DNA of 64,000 bases from Eledone cirrhosa (lineage: Eukaryota): NCBI GenBank assembly GCA_964016885.1, contig OZ024753.1:14384001-14448000 (forward strand), read 5' to 3'. The notes beneath the pieces are model-generated. The model did no database searches. It saw only the letters and a program-made list of their open reading frames with translations, and was not told the origin of the DNA. The translations under genes were made by a program, and so were the position numbers. Shown here one piece after another: positions 42,771 through 55,972 of the stretch; the stretch's first letter is position 1; each line of letters starts with the position of its first letter.

Positions 42771-43363
42771 TCATCATCATCATGATCATCGTTTAACGTC
42801 TATCTTCCTTCCGCGCCAGCATGGGTTTAGACAGGAATTGTCCCACGTGAGGCAAGATTGGTCGTCTTGCTCGTATAGGACTGTCTGGCAGGTTTTCTAT
42901 GGCTGGATGCCCTTCCTAACACCAACCACGTTTACAGTGTGGAACTGGGACGTTTTTACAGTGTTACCTACACGGCCACATTACAGCGTGGACTGCGTTT
43001 TTTTGTTGTGACACCTACAGGACTTTATTTATTTAGGACTGGATGTTGTGGTGCCAACATAACTTTACAGAGTTGATGTGCTTGGGGATTTGGGGTAGTG
43101 GGATGAGGCGCCTACTGACTGTAGGTCTCGCTTTGTACTTAGGCAAGGCGGGTTTTCTGTATTACTGCATAGAGCCAAAGATCTCTGTCCAGTGACATTG
43201 TCTTGGAGAGGTGTAAGGTCGAACTATTCGGATCTAAGTGTCGAAACATACGGAGAGCAGCCGTTGGTTTCCTGACTCTTTTCCTACTACTCATTCTACT
43301 ACCCTAAGTAACGAGTACTCTGGTACGTTATGGTCCACCTGCTACCTTACCACACCCTCTTTG

Positions 43364-43405
<42 letters not shown>

Positions 43406-43407
43406 AA

Positions 43408-43503
43408 GCTTCTACAGGACTAGAACTGTTTCATTAGTGTGAAATCATCAGGAAGCCTCCTGATGATTTCTCACGAATGAAACAGTTCTAGTCCTGTAGA
43501 ATC
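43408..43503. ncRNA. Back-to-back hammerheads (43408-43456 -, ~43455-43503 +)
   Basis: gcttc CTGATGA...GAAA cag-ttctagtc-ctg TA gaagc; same family and tail as 16061-16246. Confidence 0.72.
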
Positions 43504-43794
43504 TCATCTATATTAAAACATTTATACTCTGCTATGTATTGAGTACCTTACTTACTGTGGTTACCTCCGATTCAACCCGGAATAACTTATATATATATAT
43601 ACACGACTGACTTTCAAACAGATTCCGCATCGGTCAACATGAGGTTATTGTATAAAACACTTCCCAAGATGCTGTGTAGTGAGACTGAACACAAAACTAC
43701 ATGGTAGCGAAGCGAACTACCGAACCACACAACCATGCTTGTGCCTATAATAATAAATATTATATACATTTCTTTCTTTTTATATATATTTCAG

Positions 43795-43969
43795 CTGCAC
43801 TGGTCCGTCGGAGTTTGTAGAACCAGGAGGTTGCCGAAATTGCTGGAAAGGTCTGGAAATAAATTCGAGCTACATAAAATGTATTATTCCCTATTTGGAC
43901 GGATGTGCTGACGGATATTATCTGCAGCAGATACCTAATCACCAGAGTCTTCCTTTATCTGGTTCTCAG
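43795..43969 (+). CDS. Exon 3: EGFR-like Cys-rich segment
   Basis: Pyrimidine tract and tttcAG|, donor CAG|GTGAGT; (G)CTGPSEFVEPGGCRNCWKGLEINSSYIKCIIPYLDGCADGYYLQQIPNHQSLPLSGSQ; phase 2-0. Completes HSTG-CTGP across a 25-kb intron. Confidence 0.9.
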
Positions 43970-44406
43970 GTGAGTTTAAAGATTACATAACAGAATATAA
44001 TTGTCAAAACCGCTTCACAATAATGGAGAATGTATCTGATTCGATCAAGCGCCTGGTTTTATAGATTTGTAGTACTCGGTAGGACTTAACATTTAGTGAC
44101 ATATAACATTTGATATAGAATCTGATATATATATATGTGTATGGTGTGGTGTGGTGTGGTGTGGTGTGGTGTGGTGTGGTGTGGTGTGGTGTGTGTGCGT
44201 ATACACACATATATATATATATAGAGAGAGAAAACATTATTACATTGCTGTTAGAATAAGCTCAGCAGAATCGATTAAATACAAATAATATTTACCTTAC
44301 ATGCCCAGGAATTCTTGTAATAGAACGTAAAACGTACTAGGTAAACAATGACATTCAAATATTGTTGAGAAAGCGTTAAATTCATGGAAGCCTAAAATCG
44401 TCGTCC

Positions 44407-44917
44407 TGTAGCGAGATCTGTCCATGCCTTGAACCCTGGGTGACACCTAAAAGACAAATTCTAGGTCACCATCCTTTCCGGCGTGGACGGGTTCATGCAT
44501 GGGCGATCCCTCAAGACGGGAGACAGAAAGCGACAGGTATAAAAAGCCTGTATCATCCCACGTCTAACACACAGAGAGATCGGGGCAGTACAAGCTATGT
44601 AAAGATTTTAGACAAGCTATGTAAAGATTCACATCTACCTCAAGCCGCAGAGGTCTACAGACAACCGCAGACCATTACTCTCTCTCCTTCCTGGTCTCGG
44701 ACTACACAGGCCTCATGAACCAACAACAAGATAACATCGTCAACCTTTGAGACTCGTGGTAACTTGTTTATTGTTATTTTTGACTGAAGTGAAGTAAACC
44801 TTTTTATATATAAAGTAAATCAACTATTCTTGTTATTTCATCTAACAACTAATACTATAATACTGATCGTTACATTGGTGACCCCTCAAACAACCACCTT
44901 TAAAACCCTTCGTTACA
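44407..44917 (+). mobile_element. Solo-LTR-like element (Gypsy-like)
   Basis: TGTAGCGA...TCGTTACA (44874) followed by PBS-like TTGGTGACCCC; internal TATAAAA; second TCGTTACA at 44917; flanks gtcc/gtct. Confidence 0.55.
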
Positions 44918-45520
44918 GTCTGTCATTTCTATATACGTAAAATAAAGATGACTATACTCTACCAACATATTGAGTATTTACCATCTTCATGTAAGTCCAT
45001 TGCTTGCCTTCCCGTATGTTTTTTATATCTATATATCTATGCATTGTCCTGGATACGTTTGTCTAAGTAATATTAACTCACGTGAATGATCTAACTGGTT
45101 CTTTTCGCAACTATTTTGTCAGCGATATTTTGCCAGACAATATTATCGATATTATTGTGTATTGATCAGTGGCATGTATTTGCTCTTCAGCTTGAATCCT
45201 CGGTATTATTGTTTTCTGTCAGTAAAATACTTCAACGAAATAAACTGATATTAGACATCTACACGTAGAAATATGAGAGGAAAAATGGCGCCATGACCAC
45301 TAAACGGCTCTTCTCCCCCTCCTCCAACTTATTCCTGAGACGTTGATAGGGCAGAGTCCTAAAACACTCCTCTTTCTTCCTAGTCTTTCTATCTCTCCCC
45401 TTGACATCAATTTTTCTTCTCTTCCACCTCATCCCCCGCTGCTGCTGCTGCTGCTGCTGCTACGGTTCTGTCAATTATTGCTGGTTCAGTGCCTTTACTG
45501 CACTTTTATATGTCAGAAAT

Positions 45521-45980
45521 TATTGCACAAGGCCAGCATTTATCCCAGTGTATTACTGGTACTTTATTTTATCGACCCTGTAAGGATGAAAGGCAAAGTT
45601 AACGTCGGTGGGATTTGAACTCAAAATGGCAAGGGCCGTAACTTTATGCGTCAAAGCATGGCGTCCGACCCTCTACCGATACTGCCAATCCACCGCCTGT
45701 TATATATATATAATTGTTTCTACTTTTGGCACAAGGCCAGCAATTATCCCAGTGCATTACTGGTACTTTATTTTATCGAGTACCAGTAATGTTATATATA
45801 TATAATTGTTTCTACTTTAGGCACAAGGCCAGCAATTACCCAGTTCATTACTGGTACTTTATTTAATCGACCCCGTAAGGATGAAAGGCAAAGTCAACCT
45901 CGGCGGGATTTGAACTCAGATCGTAAAGGGACGTAACTATGCTGGAAAGCATGGCGTCCGACCCTCTACCGATACTGCCA
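45521..45980 (-). mobile_element. Tandem cluster of family A SINEs (two near-full, one partial)
   Basis: Copies at ~45521-45697, 45711-45779 and 45803-45980. Confidence 0.8.
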
Positions 45981-46020
45981 TGATTTCTAATGTTCAATGT
46001 TCTAACCAATTCTATTTTAG

Positions 46021-46281
46021 GTGTGTCGTCGCTGCCATGAACTCTGTGCCACGTGCCAGGGGCCGGGTGTATCTTACTGTCTCACATGTAAGTACTACAA
46101 ATTATATAATATCTGTGTACGTCAATGTCCTTCTGGTACACAGACAGACCAACAGAACCGTCGATGTATTGATCCTACCAATAATCGAAGACAAACGTTG
46201 ATCCGTTACCTTATCAACTCTAAGATGAACACTACAACAGCAACAGTAACAACAACAACAACAACAACAGCATTATCATAG
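46021..46281 (+). CDS. Exon 4 (terminal): furin-like repeat and Thr-rich tail to stop
   Basis: Acceptor ctattttAG|; VCRRCHELCATCQGPGVSYCLTCKYYKLYNICVRQCPSGTQTDQQNRRCIDPTNNRRQTLIRYLINSKMNTTTATVTTTTTTTALS*; phase 0 matches exon 3. Confidence 0.88.
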   Translation: MCRRCHELCATCQGPGVSYCLTCKYYKLYNICVRQCPSGTQTDQQNRRCIDPTNNRRQTLIRYLINSKMNTTTATVTTTTTTTALS

Positions 46282-46338
46282 GCGACATCTTAATAATGAT
46301 AATAATCAACCAGCAGCAATTGAAATGTTTCATTCTCA

Positions 46339-46344
46339 AATAAA
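46339..46344 (+). terminator. Candidate polyadenylation signal
   Basis: AATAAA ~58 nt after the stop, followed by a T/GT-rich tract at ~46385-46460. Confidence 0.55.
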
Positions 46345-46626
46345 CACTTTAAATCAAACATGGAGAATTTAAATCCAAGTTTCATGTATTTTTGTTTTCC
46401 TTGTTCTCTTTTCGTTTCGTTTTATTTATTATTTATATTTTTAAAGTTTATATTTTTCTTCCAAGGAGTTGTTAGTGAGTCAGAAAGAAGGGTTTGGGTA
46501 GTCATTCCAGTTTTCTACGACCTGATTTCAAATCCCACCAAGATCACCTTTGCCTTTTATCTTTACCAGTCCAGCAATTGGAGTGGATTCTTCTTCTCCT
46601 CCTCCTCTCTCTCACACATACACAGA

Positions 46627-46662
<36 letters not shown>

Positions 46663-47184
46663 CATACACACTCGGAGAAATCAGCTATAACTAAACCTGG
46701 AGAGGGACGGGGCTCTCCCGAGATTTAAAATCCAGTAGGAAGCCCCTCCCCACCACCTACGAATCCATTAAAAGTTATGGAATCCGCGAACGATGCAGCG
46801 ATTTCCCCACCAATTGAACAAATAATTAATAGTTTCATGAAATAATACAACATTTAGGTGGGGGTCAAATCGCAGATTAGAAAATCGGCTGTCATTATGA
46901 TATGAAACAAACACATATTGAAGTTTAAATCAAAATAATCTATTTAAAAATGAAATTCAAATTTGAATTGATACACGGTGGCCAGAATAACCTGGAAAGC
47001 CCTACGGAACACGAACATCAAATCAAATAGCGATCAATAAGTTGAGGGTGATGTCTGAAAGGAATTTTGGTGTTACCGAAAAATATAAAACCCACAACCC
47101 GGTGTCAATGTAGTAAAAAAGACGACCCGCCACCCCCCAAAACAGAAAAACAAAACGAAAACAAATAAAGGAAGATGTCTACAG

Positions 47185-47357
47185 CTGGCATGTTAAACTG
47201 ACGGTTCCCCGAGGGCTCCATGGGTCACATGTTTTGTCTGAGAGCCACACACGACAACTAATTGCGCACATTACAACTAATTTACCAAGATGGAATATGC
47301 TCGCACCGCAAAAACCTGCAGGTGTGCTTGTAAATGGACGCATGTTTGACATGCCTG
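47185..47357. mobile_element. hAT (Charlie-like) MITE
   Basis: TIRs ctggcatgttaaac / gtttgacatgcctg; perfect 8-bp TSD gtctacag. Confidence 0.82.
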
Positions 47358-49650
47358 GTCTACAGACGATTGATGAGAAGTTCCAATACCTCAGATACAT
47401 TTTATAATAATTACTCGCAGCTAGAATAAACGTGGTTAACATCTTCGGTCATTGTTTTGCAGAGCCTACATCTATTTGGTGGGGATTTCTTCCACCTTGA
47501 TTGCATGGAGGTATCACCCAAAGTGAGACATTAGGAACTTGTCGCAACTCCAGTTTTAGTGGTGTTATCCCCACTATGATCTGTAGATTTTCTCTCGTGT
47601 ATCTACGTACAACCTCAGTAGATTAGTCTATTAGATTTAATTTGCTCGAGTATTGCGTGGACTTTTCCTATGTTCCTAGGAGAGACATCTGTGTCAGATT
47701 GTATTTCATATCCATGCTCTAGTTCAATGGCTATCCTATCAATATTATTTTCATGCTCATAAACTTGGGTGAGATGGTTGCTGGTCCTTATCCTCTGTTG
47801 AGGTTATTGCATCAGTGTCACTAGTTATGTCTGGGACTATGTTAATATTGAATTTAATATTGAATTTAAATCTCCGACCATCCTCCATCAGAATTGTTGT
47901 TACATTCCAGTAATACTGAGCAGCTTACAAGACCTCACATCCATCTCGTTCAGTTCTTGCAACAACTACTCCAACAGGCGAAATGTTATCGTTAGGATTG
48001 ACACAGCAAAATGTTGTCTGCAATGTAATAATATATTTGTTGTACGTTGAGAACATTCGAGGACCAGATTCTTTGCTTAGTGGTGAGTAGATGTTGTCGA
48101 AGAGTTCTGATGCGACATTCAAATGCTGTTTGGATTGTTATTAAATATCTGCATCCCAGTTTACGTTTCAGATAGAGGTGGTCTATGTTGTTGATGTGGA
48201 AATTTCCAGTGTCGGTTTGAGTATTTCAGTTTTTGCCATCAATGGCCTGGATATAATCTTGTGTCCAGGTGCAGTAAACAAATTATAAGCTACTGATTTA
48301 TTGTACGCAGAGAGTTCTGAAGGCCATATTTTTCTTATCCAGGTGTTATATTTCGTGGTTACTCGTTCCTTGTTACAAATTCCACCATAGATTGTATGTA
48401 TGTATGGATGTAAGTATGTATGTATTGCATGTATGTATGTATGTATATATGTCAACGGCCAAAAATGTGTAAATATGTATATACATGTATGCATGTGTAT
48501 ATATGCATGTATATATGTATGTATATACATATGTATATACATGTATGCATGTGTATATATATGCGCGGGGACAGAAATAATCGGGCTGGATACCCGATCG
48601 CGTGGTTAAACAACTGGGAGTGAAGGACCCCTAGCCTTTGTCAGGGCATCCTTCTAGGAGAAGGCAACTCAGGAAACTGGGATAACTCCTATATAAAACC
48701 TGCGACTCAGTAGTTACCGATGATGTTGATCTTTTCTTCTTTTCGGGTTATAGCTATTGTCGCTCAGAGAGTGGGATTGGCTCAGTGCACAGTCTTTCCT
48801 CACTTTAAAAAAAAATGTTCATGCACGATAACATTAATTGATAATTATTAATAATGTTATATCGTGCAATGGCCATACTCAATAACGAGGGGGCAGCCAT
48901 CATATAAGTATGCATGCATATATGCATGAAAATATGCGAGCATGCATACATATATGTACTTGTGTGCATGTATGCATGTGTGTATGTATACGGGTATGTA
49001 TGCATGTATTTATTTAGCTATGTGTATGTGTGTGCAAGCATGCATGTGTGCATGCATGTATGTATATATGTATGTGTCTGTTTAGCTGAATGTGTGCGTG
49101 TGTGTAAACGAACTTGAGAAGGGCGAAAAACAGCCGCTCACACACAGCGTAGTCATATATATTAAGGGAAGTTACTCTCATTTACTATTTTTTACTCTGA
49201 GAGTGATCTCCCTTGAATTTGAAATTACGTTTTTACTCTCATTTCGAATTTGTAATAAAATTTGTTTTAGTTTTAGATTCATTTCGAAAATAAGACCATC
49301 TTTCGGCAATTTCTAGATTTATATCTATATTCCGTTATATTTAACTAATATACATTGAGGAAAATACATTTAACAAACATTCTATTGATATTTTATTTAA
49401 AGAGACATCGTTTGTTATTGTTTTTAAGCATTTTATAACTAATGCTACTTTATTTAGTGTTTACATTCTTTAAATTGTAAAAGAAAGACTGCGTCGTGTA
49501 ATATGAGGAAGATTTGGTGGCTATTTTTATCAAGCTTACGTCTCAACTCCTATTGTGTTTATGGATCACACGGAATAATTTCGATTTTTTCTTCGTCACT
49601 GACGGTACATAATTTGTAAACAATGACTATACAGTTTACATGAGCTTACA

Positions 49651-49705
<55 letters not shown>

Positions 49706-49708
<3 letters not shown>

Positions 49709-49897
49709 AAAATGTTTAACCCGACGGCACAGCTCAAGCCGTTTCGACGGCTATTTCTTGAGTCCAGAAATAGCCTTCGAAACGGCTTGAGCTCTGCCGT
49801 CGGGGTTAAATATTTTCCTATTACCCACTCTACTACCCTAAGTATTGAGTACTCTGGTGTGATATGGTCCATCTGGTTCCTTACCACACCTCCTTCG

Positions 49898-49900
<3 letters not shown>
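49706..49900. mobile_element. Fold-back TA-anchored repeat (family C)
   Basis: Hairpin ccgacggcacagctcaagccgtttcg...cgaaacggcttgagctctgccgtcgg plus tail to (TA)n; related copies at 14612-14740, 43213-43365, 51190-51334, 54416-54967 and 60505-60677. Confidence 0.7.
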
Positions 49901-49944
<44 letters not shown>

Positions 49945-50032
49945 AATATAAATTAGCGAGAATCGTTTTCAGCTCAGGAATTAACGAAAATCAACGTCCG
50001 ATATGTGTGGCAAGCGCTCGATGATTCATGTG

Positions 50033-50072
<40 letters not shown>

Positions 50073-50299
50073 CAGCAAGGAGAGAAATACACATAAACAC
50101 GTGTTCGATTATTATAGGGAATATAAAGCGAGAGCTTATTTGATTGTAGGGGATAACAGGGTTTTTAACTCAAAATTTTAATTTTATATATAGTGTTTAA
50201 CCGAAACCATAGTGATTTCCATGGGTCCACTGAGGAGGTGTGAAATGTTCGTCTTTCTGTTGTTTTTTCCATTGTCTTTGTCTTGGGTGCCGCTTCTTT

Positions 50300-50545
50300 G
50301 CATATATCGCAGCCGAGCGGAGTAAAACCCTCAAATACTCTGATCTGTCGGCGGCCAGCTACATTTTTCAGCCTGCGGCTTTCGAGACGTTTCCGGGAGT
50401 TGGGCCGCTGAATGCGAGGTTCCTCTCTTTACTGGCGGCTCGCCTAATAGAGGTAACTGGCGAATCTCGCGAGGGCGCTTGGTTGTTTCAGCGCATCAGC
50501 TTCACCATCACCTGAGGCAACGCTGAGAGTGTGCTGGCTTGCCTC
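50300..50545 (+). pseudogene. 3' fragment of a CRE-clade non-LTR retrotransposon (restriction-like endonuclease end)
   Basis: AAERSKTLKYSDL..YIFQPAAFET.....REGAWLFQRIS...*GNAESVL. Confidence 0.7.
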
Positions 50546-51140
50546 AAAAATCATTAGAGAGAGGTTGCCCGGTACTCCTCGCGACGTTGCTGTCTTTTGC
50601 TCTGGTGTTGGCTCCGTTGTCCACCCCTTTCCTTTACATTTTCTTTAATATTGTAACAATAAAAGAATATATCCTTCTAATTGAATCGCGAGCTATTTAT
50701 AATGTTACCGAAGCATTTGTAATGTTATTTATCTATATATTTAAAACATATTTGTTATGTTATTCTACTGTAAATTTATTTATATGCTCTGTTTATAATT
50801 TCATTCTGAAAGAATTGCAAACGGTTTGTAATGTTATTTATACAACTAGGAATAAAATTAAATGTTATCCTTCAAAAAAAAAATATATATATATATTTTT
50901 ATATATATATATATATATATAAAATGTCAAAAATAGAAGCAATACATCATAAGTTCAAAGGGGAAGATATTATGATATATTACGTTAGACGCCGTAATCA
51001 AAGCAAAGCGTGCCCAATGCTTAAAATTACAATATTAAATATTAAAGTGAGTACACATGGCATCGTCCTTTTTGGATGAAACAATTTGTAAGGAATAAAA
51101 AATGTTAAGTGCCTCTGATTCCCCATCATAATTTTTTGTT

Positions 51141-51184
<44 letters not shown>

Positions 51185-51409
51185 TCAGATAGAGTGTGGT
51201 AAAAAGCAACTAGATCATAACGTATCAGAGTACCCGATACTTGGGGTAGTAGAGTGGGTAATAGGAAATGATTCAGGACACTGACGGCTGAGTTCCGGCC
51301 GTTTCGCCAGCTAGATCCGAACTAGTTCGGACTAGTAATAATAAATGTGAAGACTAAAATCCAAAGAAGGCTCGATAAGGATTATATATAAATATATATA
51401 TATATATAA

Positions 51410-53230
51410 AACCCGCAAAGCAAATATTTATTACAACCATAGAATTTACACTTGCCATGCTGCGACGTCACCTAAAAAGATAAACGCAACTATGCCTCTC
51501 CTGGTCTTGATGGTGTTACGTACCTGCTTCTTAAACGTGGTGGGTACTTCCTTCTGCACCAGCTATCACGCTTCTTCCAATTCTGTCTGAACAACGGTGC
51601 TACTCCAGAACAGGGGAAAACTGCCACTGTCATTCCTCTGTTCAAAAGGGTGACCGCACATCACCTGTGAACTATCGTCCAGTAAGTCTTACTAGTTGCA
51701 TTGCCAAACTGATGGAATCCTGTGTCAGAGAAACACTTTGGAACTTCTGGAACTCTCACAGTCTTATCCGTCCCTCGCAATTTGGATTTATCCCCAACTC
51801 AGCTGCTGTGATCAACTTATCGAGTTTCTTGAAGACATCACCCGGATCACTGATGGCGGCTCATGGATGGATGTTGTTTACCTTGACTTTGCGAAAGCTT
51901 TCAATTCTGCGTCACACAAAAGGCTTACGGCAAAACTCTCTGCAATGGGTGTGATGGATGATCTTTTTAACTGGTTGAAGTCCTTCATTCTCAATCGAAG
52001 AGAAGTAGTCACGGTTCTGGGACAGCATTCCTCACCATATGAGATATCATCTGGTGTACCACAGGGATCTATTCTTGGCCCCCTTTTGTTTGTGGCATAT
52101 ATTAATGACATAGATGCCAACTTAAAGAATGCCACAGTACTAACGTACGCAAATAACCAAGCTGTACCTTGAGATAAAAAGGACAGATCCTGAACACTAT
52201 AGATCTTGCTTGCAGTCTGACCTGGACACAATGCAACAATGGATCTCAGACTGGCAACTCAAGCTAGCTGTGGACAAGTGCACCACCATGCATTTTAGGA
52301 GTAAAAACCCAGCGTCCACATACTCCCTCCACAGCACTAATATCAAGAAGTCTTCTTGTGAACATGACCTTGGCATTACGGTCAGCAGCGATTTGCGTTG
52401 GACGAAGCACGTCTCTAAAATTGTCAAGAGGGCTGAGGGTGTCTTAGCATCATTCAGCAAGACCTTTGTCAGCCGCTCTCCAGCTATCTATTTAAGGCTG
52501 TACATGGCTACGCTGCGGCCACACTTAGAATTTGCCTCACCAGTCTGGAACCCCTATCTTGCTCAGAATATTGACCGCCTGGAAACTGTTCAGAGACGTG
52601 CAACCAAGCGAATACCCTCCATCAGGCATCTACTATACTCTGAACGCCTTTCTTCCCTGGGCATGGATACATTGAAGCTCCGACGCCTGGCAACTGACTT
52701 GGTAAACACCCACAAAATTGTTAACCATCTTGCCAACAACAACCCTGAGTACCTTTTTGATTTCCATGTGTCTAACACACGTGGGCATGCCCACAAAGTC
52801 AGAAAACAGCACAGTTCCCATGACTTTTGGAAACATTTTTTCACGCTCAGAATTGCTGAAACGTGGAACAGACTACCTGCATCAGTTGTTAGCTGTCGAG
52901 ACACTGCATCCTTTAAAACCCCCATGGAACAAACTACCTGCATCAGTTGTTAGCTGTCGAGACACTGCATCCTTTAAAACCTCCATGGAACAAACTACCT
53001 GCATCAGTTGTTAGCTGTCGAGACACTGCATCCTTTAAAACCTCCATGCTTCCCAAGATTCGCCAACACTACACCTCATGTTTCCCCTCCATACACATAC
53101 ACACATGTATATCATGACTCATATACTATTCACTTCCCTGACATTTGTATATTATTCTATGTACTATACATGCACCTTTGACGAGTTGTAGAACACCTGA
53201 GCACTTTACACAATAATTTCATTATTATAA
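51410..53230 (+). mobile_element. CR1-like LINE, 5'-truncated and frameshifted RT
   Basis: SPGLDG, YRPVSLTS, QFGF, YLDFAKAF, SGVPQGSILGPLLF, RPHLEFASPVWNP, LETVQRRATK; a 59-bp unit is triplicated at ~52864-53047. Confidence 0.88.
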
Positions 53231-53360
53231 GAACAGATTAAAGTTTAAGCAAAGAATCGCTGCTTTCACCCTTAACGGTATCTTCTGAAACTAGTTTCAA
53301 AAGATACCGTTAAGGCTGAAAGCAGCGATTCTTTGCTTAAACTTTAATGTCCTTATAATA
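53222..53360. repeat. Fold-back palindrome with a degenerate hammerhead-like core
   Basis: Centre gaaactagtttc; arms carry cagaagatacc..ggtGAAAgc; partial third copy at ~53544-53590. Confidence 0.65.
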
Positions 53361-54415
53361 AATAAATAAATAAATATATATATATATATATATATATTTA
53401 TGGGATAACAAGTTATCGTTATAGGTGATCCACTCTTCTTTCTTTAACTATATATATATATATATATCTTCACTATATGGCTTCACGCTCACAATAATTT
53501 CTATACTTTCATTTATATATATATATGTATATTTATTTATTTATTATAAGGACAAATTAAAGTTTAAGCAAAGAATCGCTGCTTTCAGCTATATATATAT
53601 ATATATATACGTAAAATGTAAACAGAGATAACAAGGCAAACGGCACAATGAAGAGATATATTAAATACCGGTACCTACCTGTTTATGTTGGGGTCAATAA
53701 CATTGGTAGAAGTCCACATAGTCCTGAAGTAATAATTCCAACGAAATCATGCGATGGGTGTTATTGCTTTTATGGTTTTCGCCATATTGGATTCACTTTT
53801 CGCCATATTGGATTTTAAACAAGCTGCAGAGTTATATATCATCATCATCATCATATATATATATATTTTTTTCTCCCAACATTTCTATGTTAGTATTAGA
53901 ATATGGAAGTAAAACCTCTCCAACTCTAGAGAGGGACTTCAATCATTCAGCAACAAAGATTCCGTTCTATCTATTTTGCATTGCCACCCCTTTTAATTAT
54001 TGCTTCATTTACATCAGTAATACATTCTAATGCTTCCTCTCAAATATTGTGGAGAGGTACCTTAGTGGATTCATAATTATGAGGTTGTGAGTTCAATCTC
54101 CGGACTGGGCAATGTGTTTATGTTCTTGAATAAGACACTTTATTTCATGTTGCACCTCCTGACAATAATTGTGACTGGTAGACTAGTAGATAGTATCAGC
54201 GACGTAATCACCTATTCGTTCCTCAGTCATCTCGAGTGTGTGACAGACGAATACACAAAGCTATTATATTTGTATATATATATATATATATTTATATCTA
54301 TATATATATATATATATAAACAACAAACTTTTATGATTTTTTTTGCTTAGATATTTTAGCTTATTTTGCTTTGACTGCATGCCCATATATGTAGTGTACC
54401 CCTTGATAAGTTCAG

Positions 54416-54962
54416 CTAGATCCCCACCGTTCTAATACTGGTGGCTTAGTTCGGATCTAGCTGTCAAAACCGCCAGAGCTGAGTCGTCGGGGTCCTGACT
54501 ATTTTCCTATAAATATATATATATAAATATATATAACGAAGGAAATGTGGTAAGGAACCAGGTGGACCATAACGCACCAAAGTACTCAATACTTAGGGTA
54601 GTAGAGTGGGTAATAGGAACAAGTAAGACCCCGACGGCTGAGCTCAAGCCGTTTCGACGGCTAATTCTGGACTGAAGAGAAGTCGATGTTGTGTTTTCGC
54701 ATGGTGCGGGTGAAAGAAATTGAGCTTAGCGGAAAAGTCTGGATACGGCGTGGTAAGGTCGGAAAGTGCTCTACTACGGGGATAGGAGCTAGATAACGAA
54801 GGAAATGTGGTAAGGAACCAGGTGGACCATAACGCACCAAAGTACTCAATACTTAGGGTAGTAGAGTGGGTAATAGGAACAAGTAAGACCCCGACGGCTG
54901 AGTCTGGAGTCCAGAATTAGCCGTCGAACGGCTTGAGCTCAGCCGTCGGGGTCTTACTTGTT

Positions 54963-54967
<5 letters not shown>
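54416..54967. mobile_element. Family C repeat in partial-tandem plus inverted arrangement
   Basis: ataacgaaggaaatgtggtaagg...ccgacggctgag duplicated at ~54533 and ~54793, followed by an inverted copy. Confidence 0.75.
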
Positions 54968-55016
<49 letters not shown>

Positions 55017-55546
55017 TGTGAACATATTCTGTGTCTGCTTTTAGTAGGATAGGTTTTTTTATAAATGTTAATTATTTTAAAATTCTCCATGGACTGAATA
55101 ATTTAGTGAGTTACTTAACTGAGCACTATAAAAGCCCTATGTTGCCAACAAGTTGTGAATGTTATTAAAACAGATATTTTCTATTAACATATTTATGTTA
55201 AAATTAAACAATAAATATCAAACAGCTAAATAGATATTGATAATTTAGTAGATTATTTTCATCAATTATAAATCTTTACCTTTGATCCTACTTCAAAGTT
55301 TCAGTAAATTAATGGATATTGGTTTTAACAAACTTGTAAAATATTTACTCAAATATTTTTCTTTCATTTTGTAAATCTCTTCAACTATGGCTGTGTATAA
55401 ATTTTCATTACATTTATTGAGGTGTGATGTGCGTTTCGCATGTTATGATAACAGAAATCCGATGAGCTTTTGATTCCACACTTGGGCCCGATCGATACAA
55501 ATCGAACCTTAATCTGATCAAGACTCACTATTTAGCTTTAATAAAA

Positions 55547-55603
<57 letters not shown>

Positions 55604-55972
55604 GTATATAGTAATAATAATAAATGTGAAGACTAAAATCCAAAGAAGGTTCGATAAGTGAAAATTCTTTGGTCAAACTTTAATCTGTTATTTTAATAAA
55701 TAATTAATATATGTGTCTGTGTGTGTACATATATATTACCCAAACATTACCCAAAACATTACAATTGTCGAAATTAAAATGGAAGACTGTAAACAATTAT
55801 AGCAAAAATTCCCCAAGGCAGTTGGAGATTTCAGGGGGTCATACTCCAAAAGAATATATACCGATATCATCTTGGAGAACCCATTACCAGCCGAAGGGAC
55901 TGTTCTACTGTCCCTTCCCCACACGATCAAAGTAAGTGATCCTTTCTCACTTACCCCGTTTCCCCATTCAGC

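Noticed and set aside
46088-46093. Internal GTAAGT donor in exon 4
   Set aside because: The Cys pattern continues in frame past it and no downstream partner exon was found; minor use cannot be excluded.
47460-48385. Possible decayed LINE on the minus strand
   Set aside because: Too degenerate to assign by eye.
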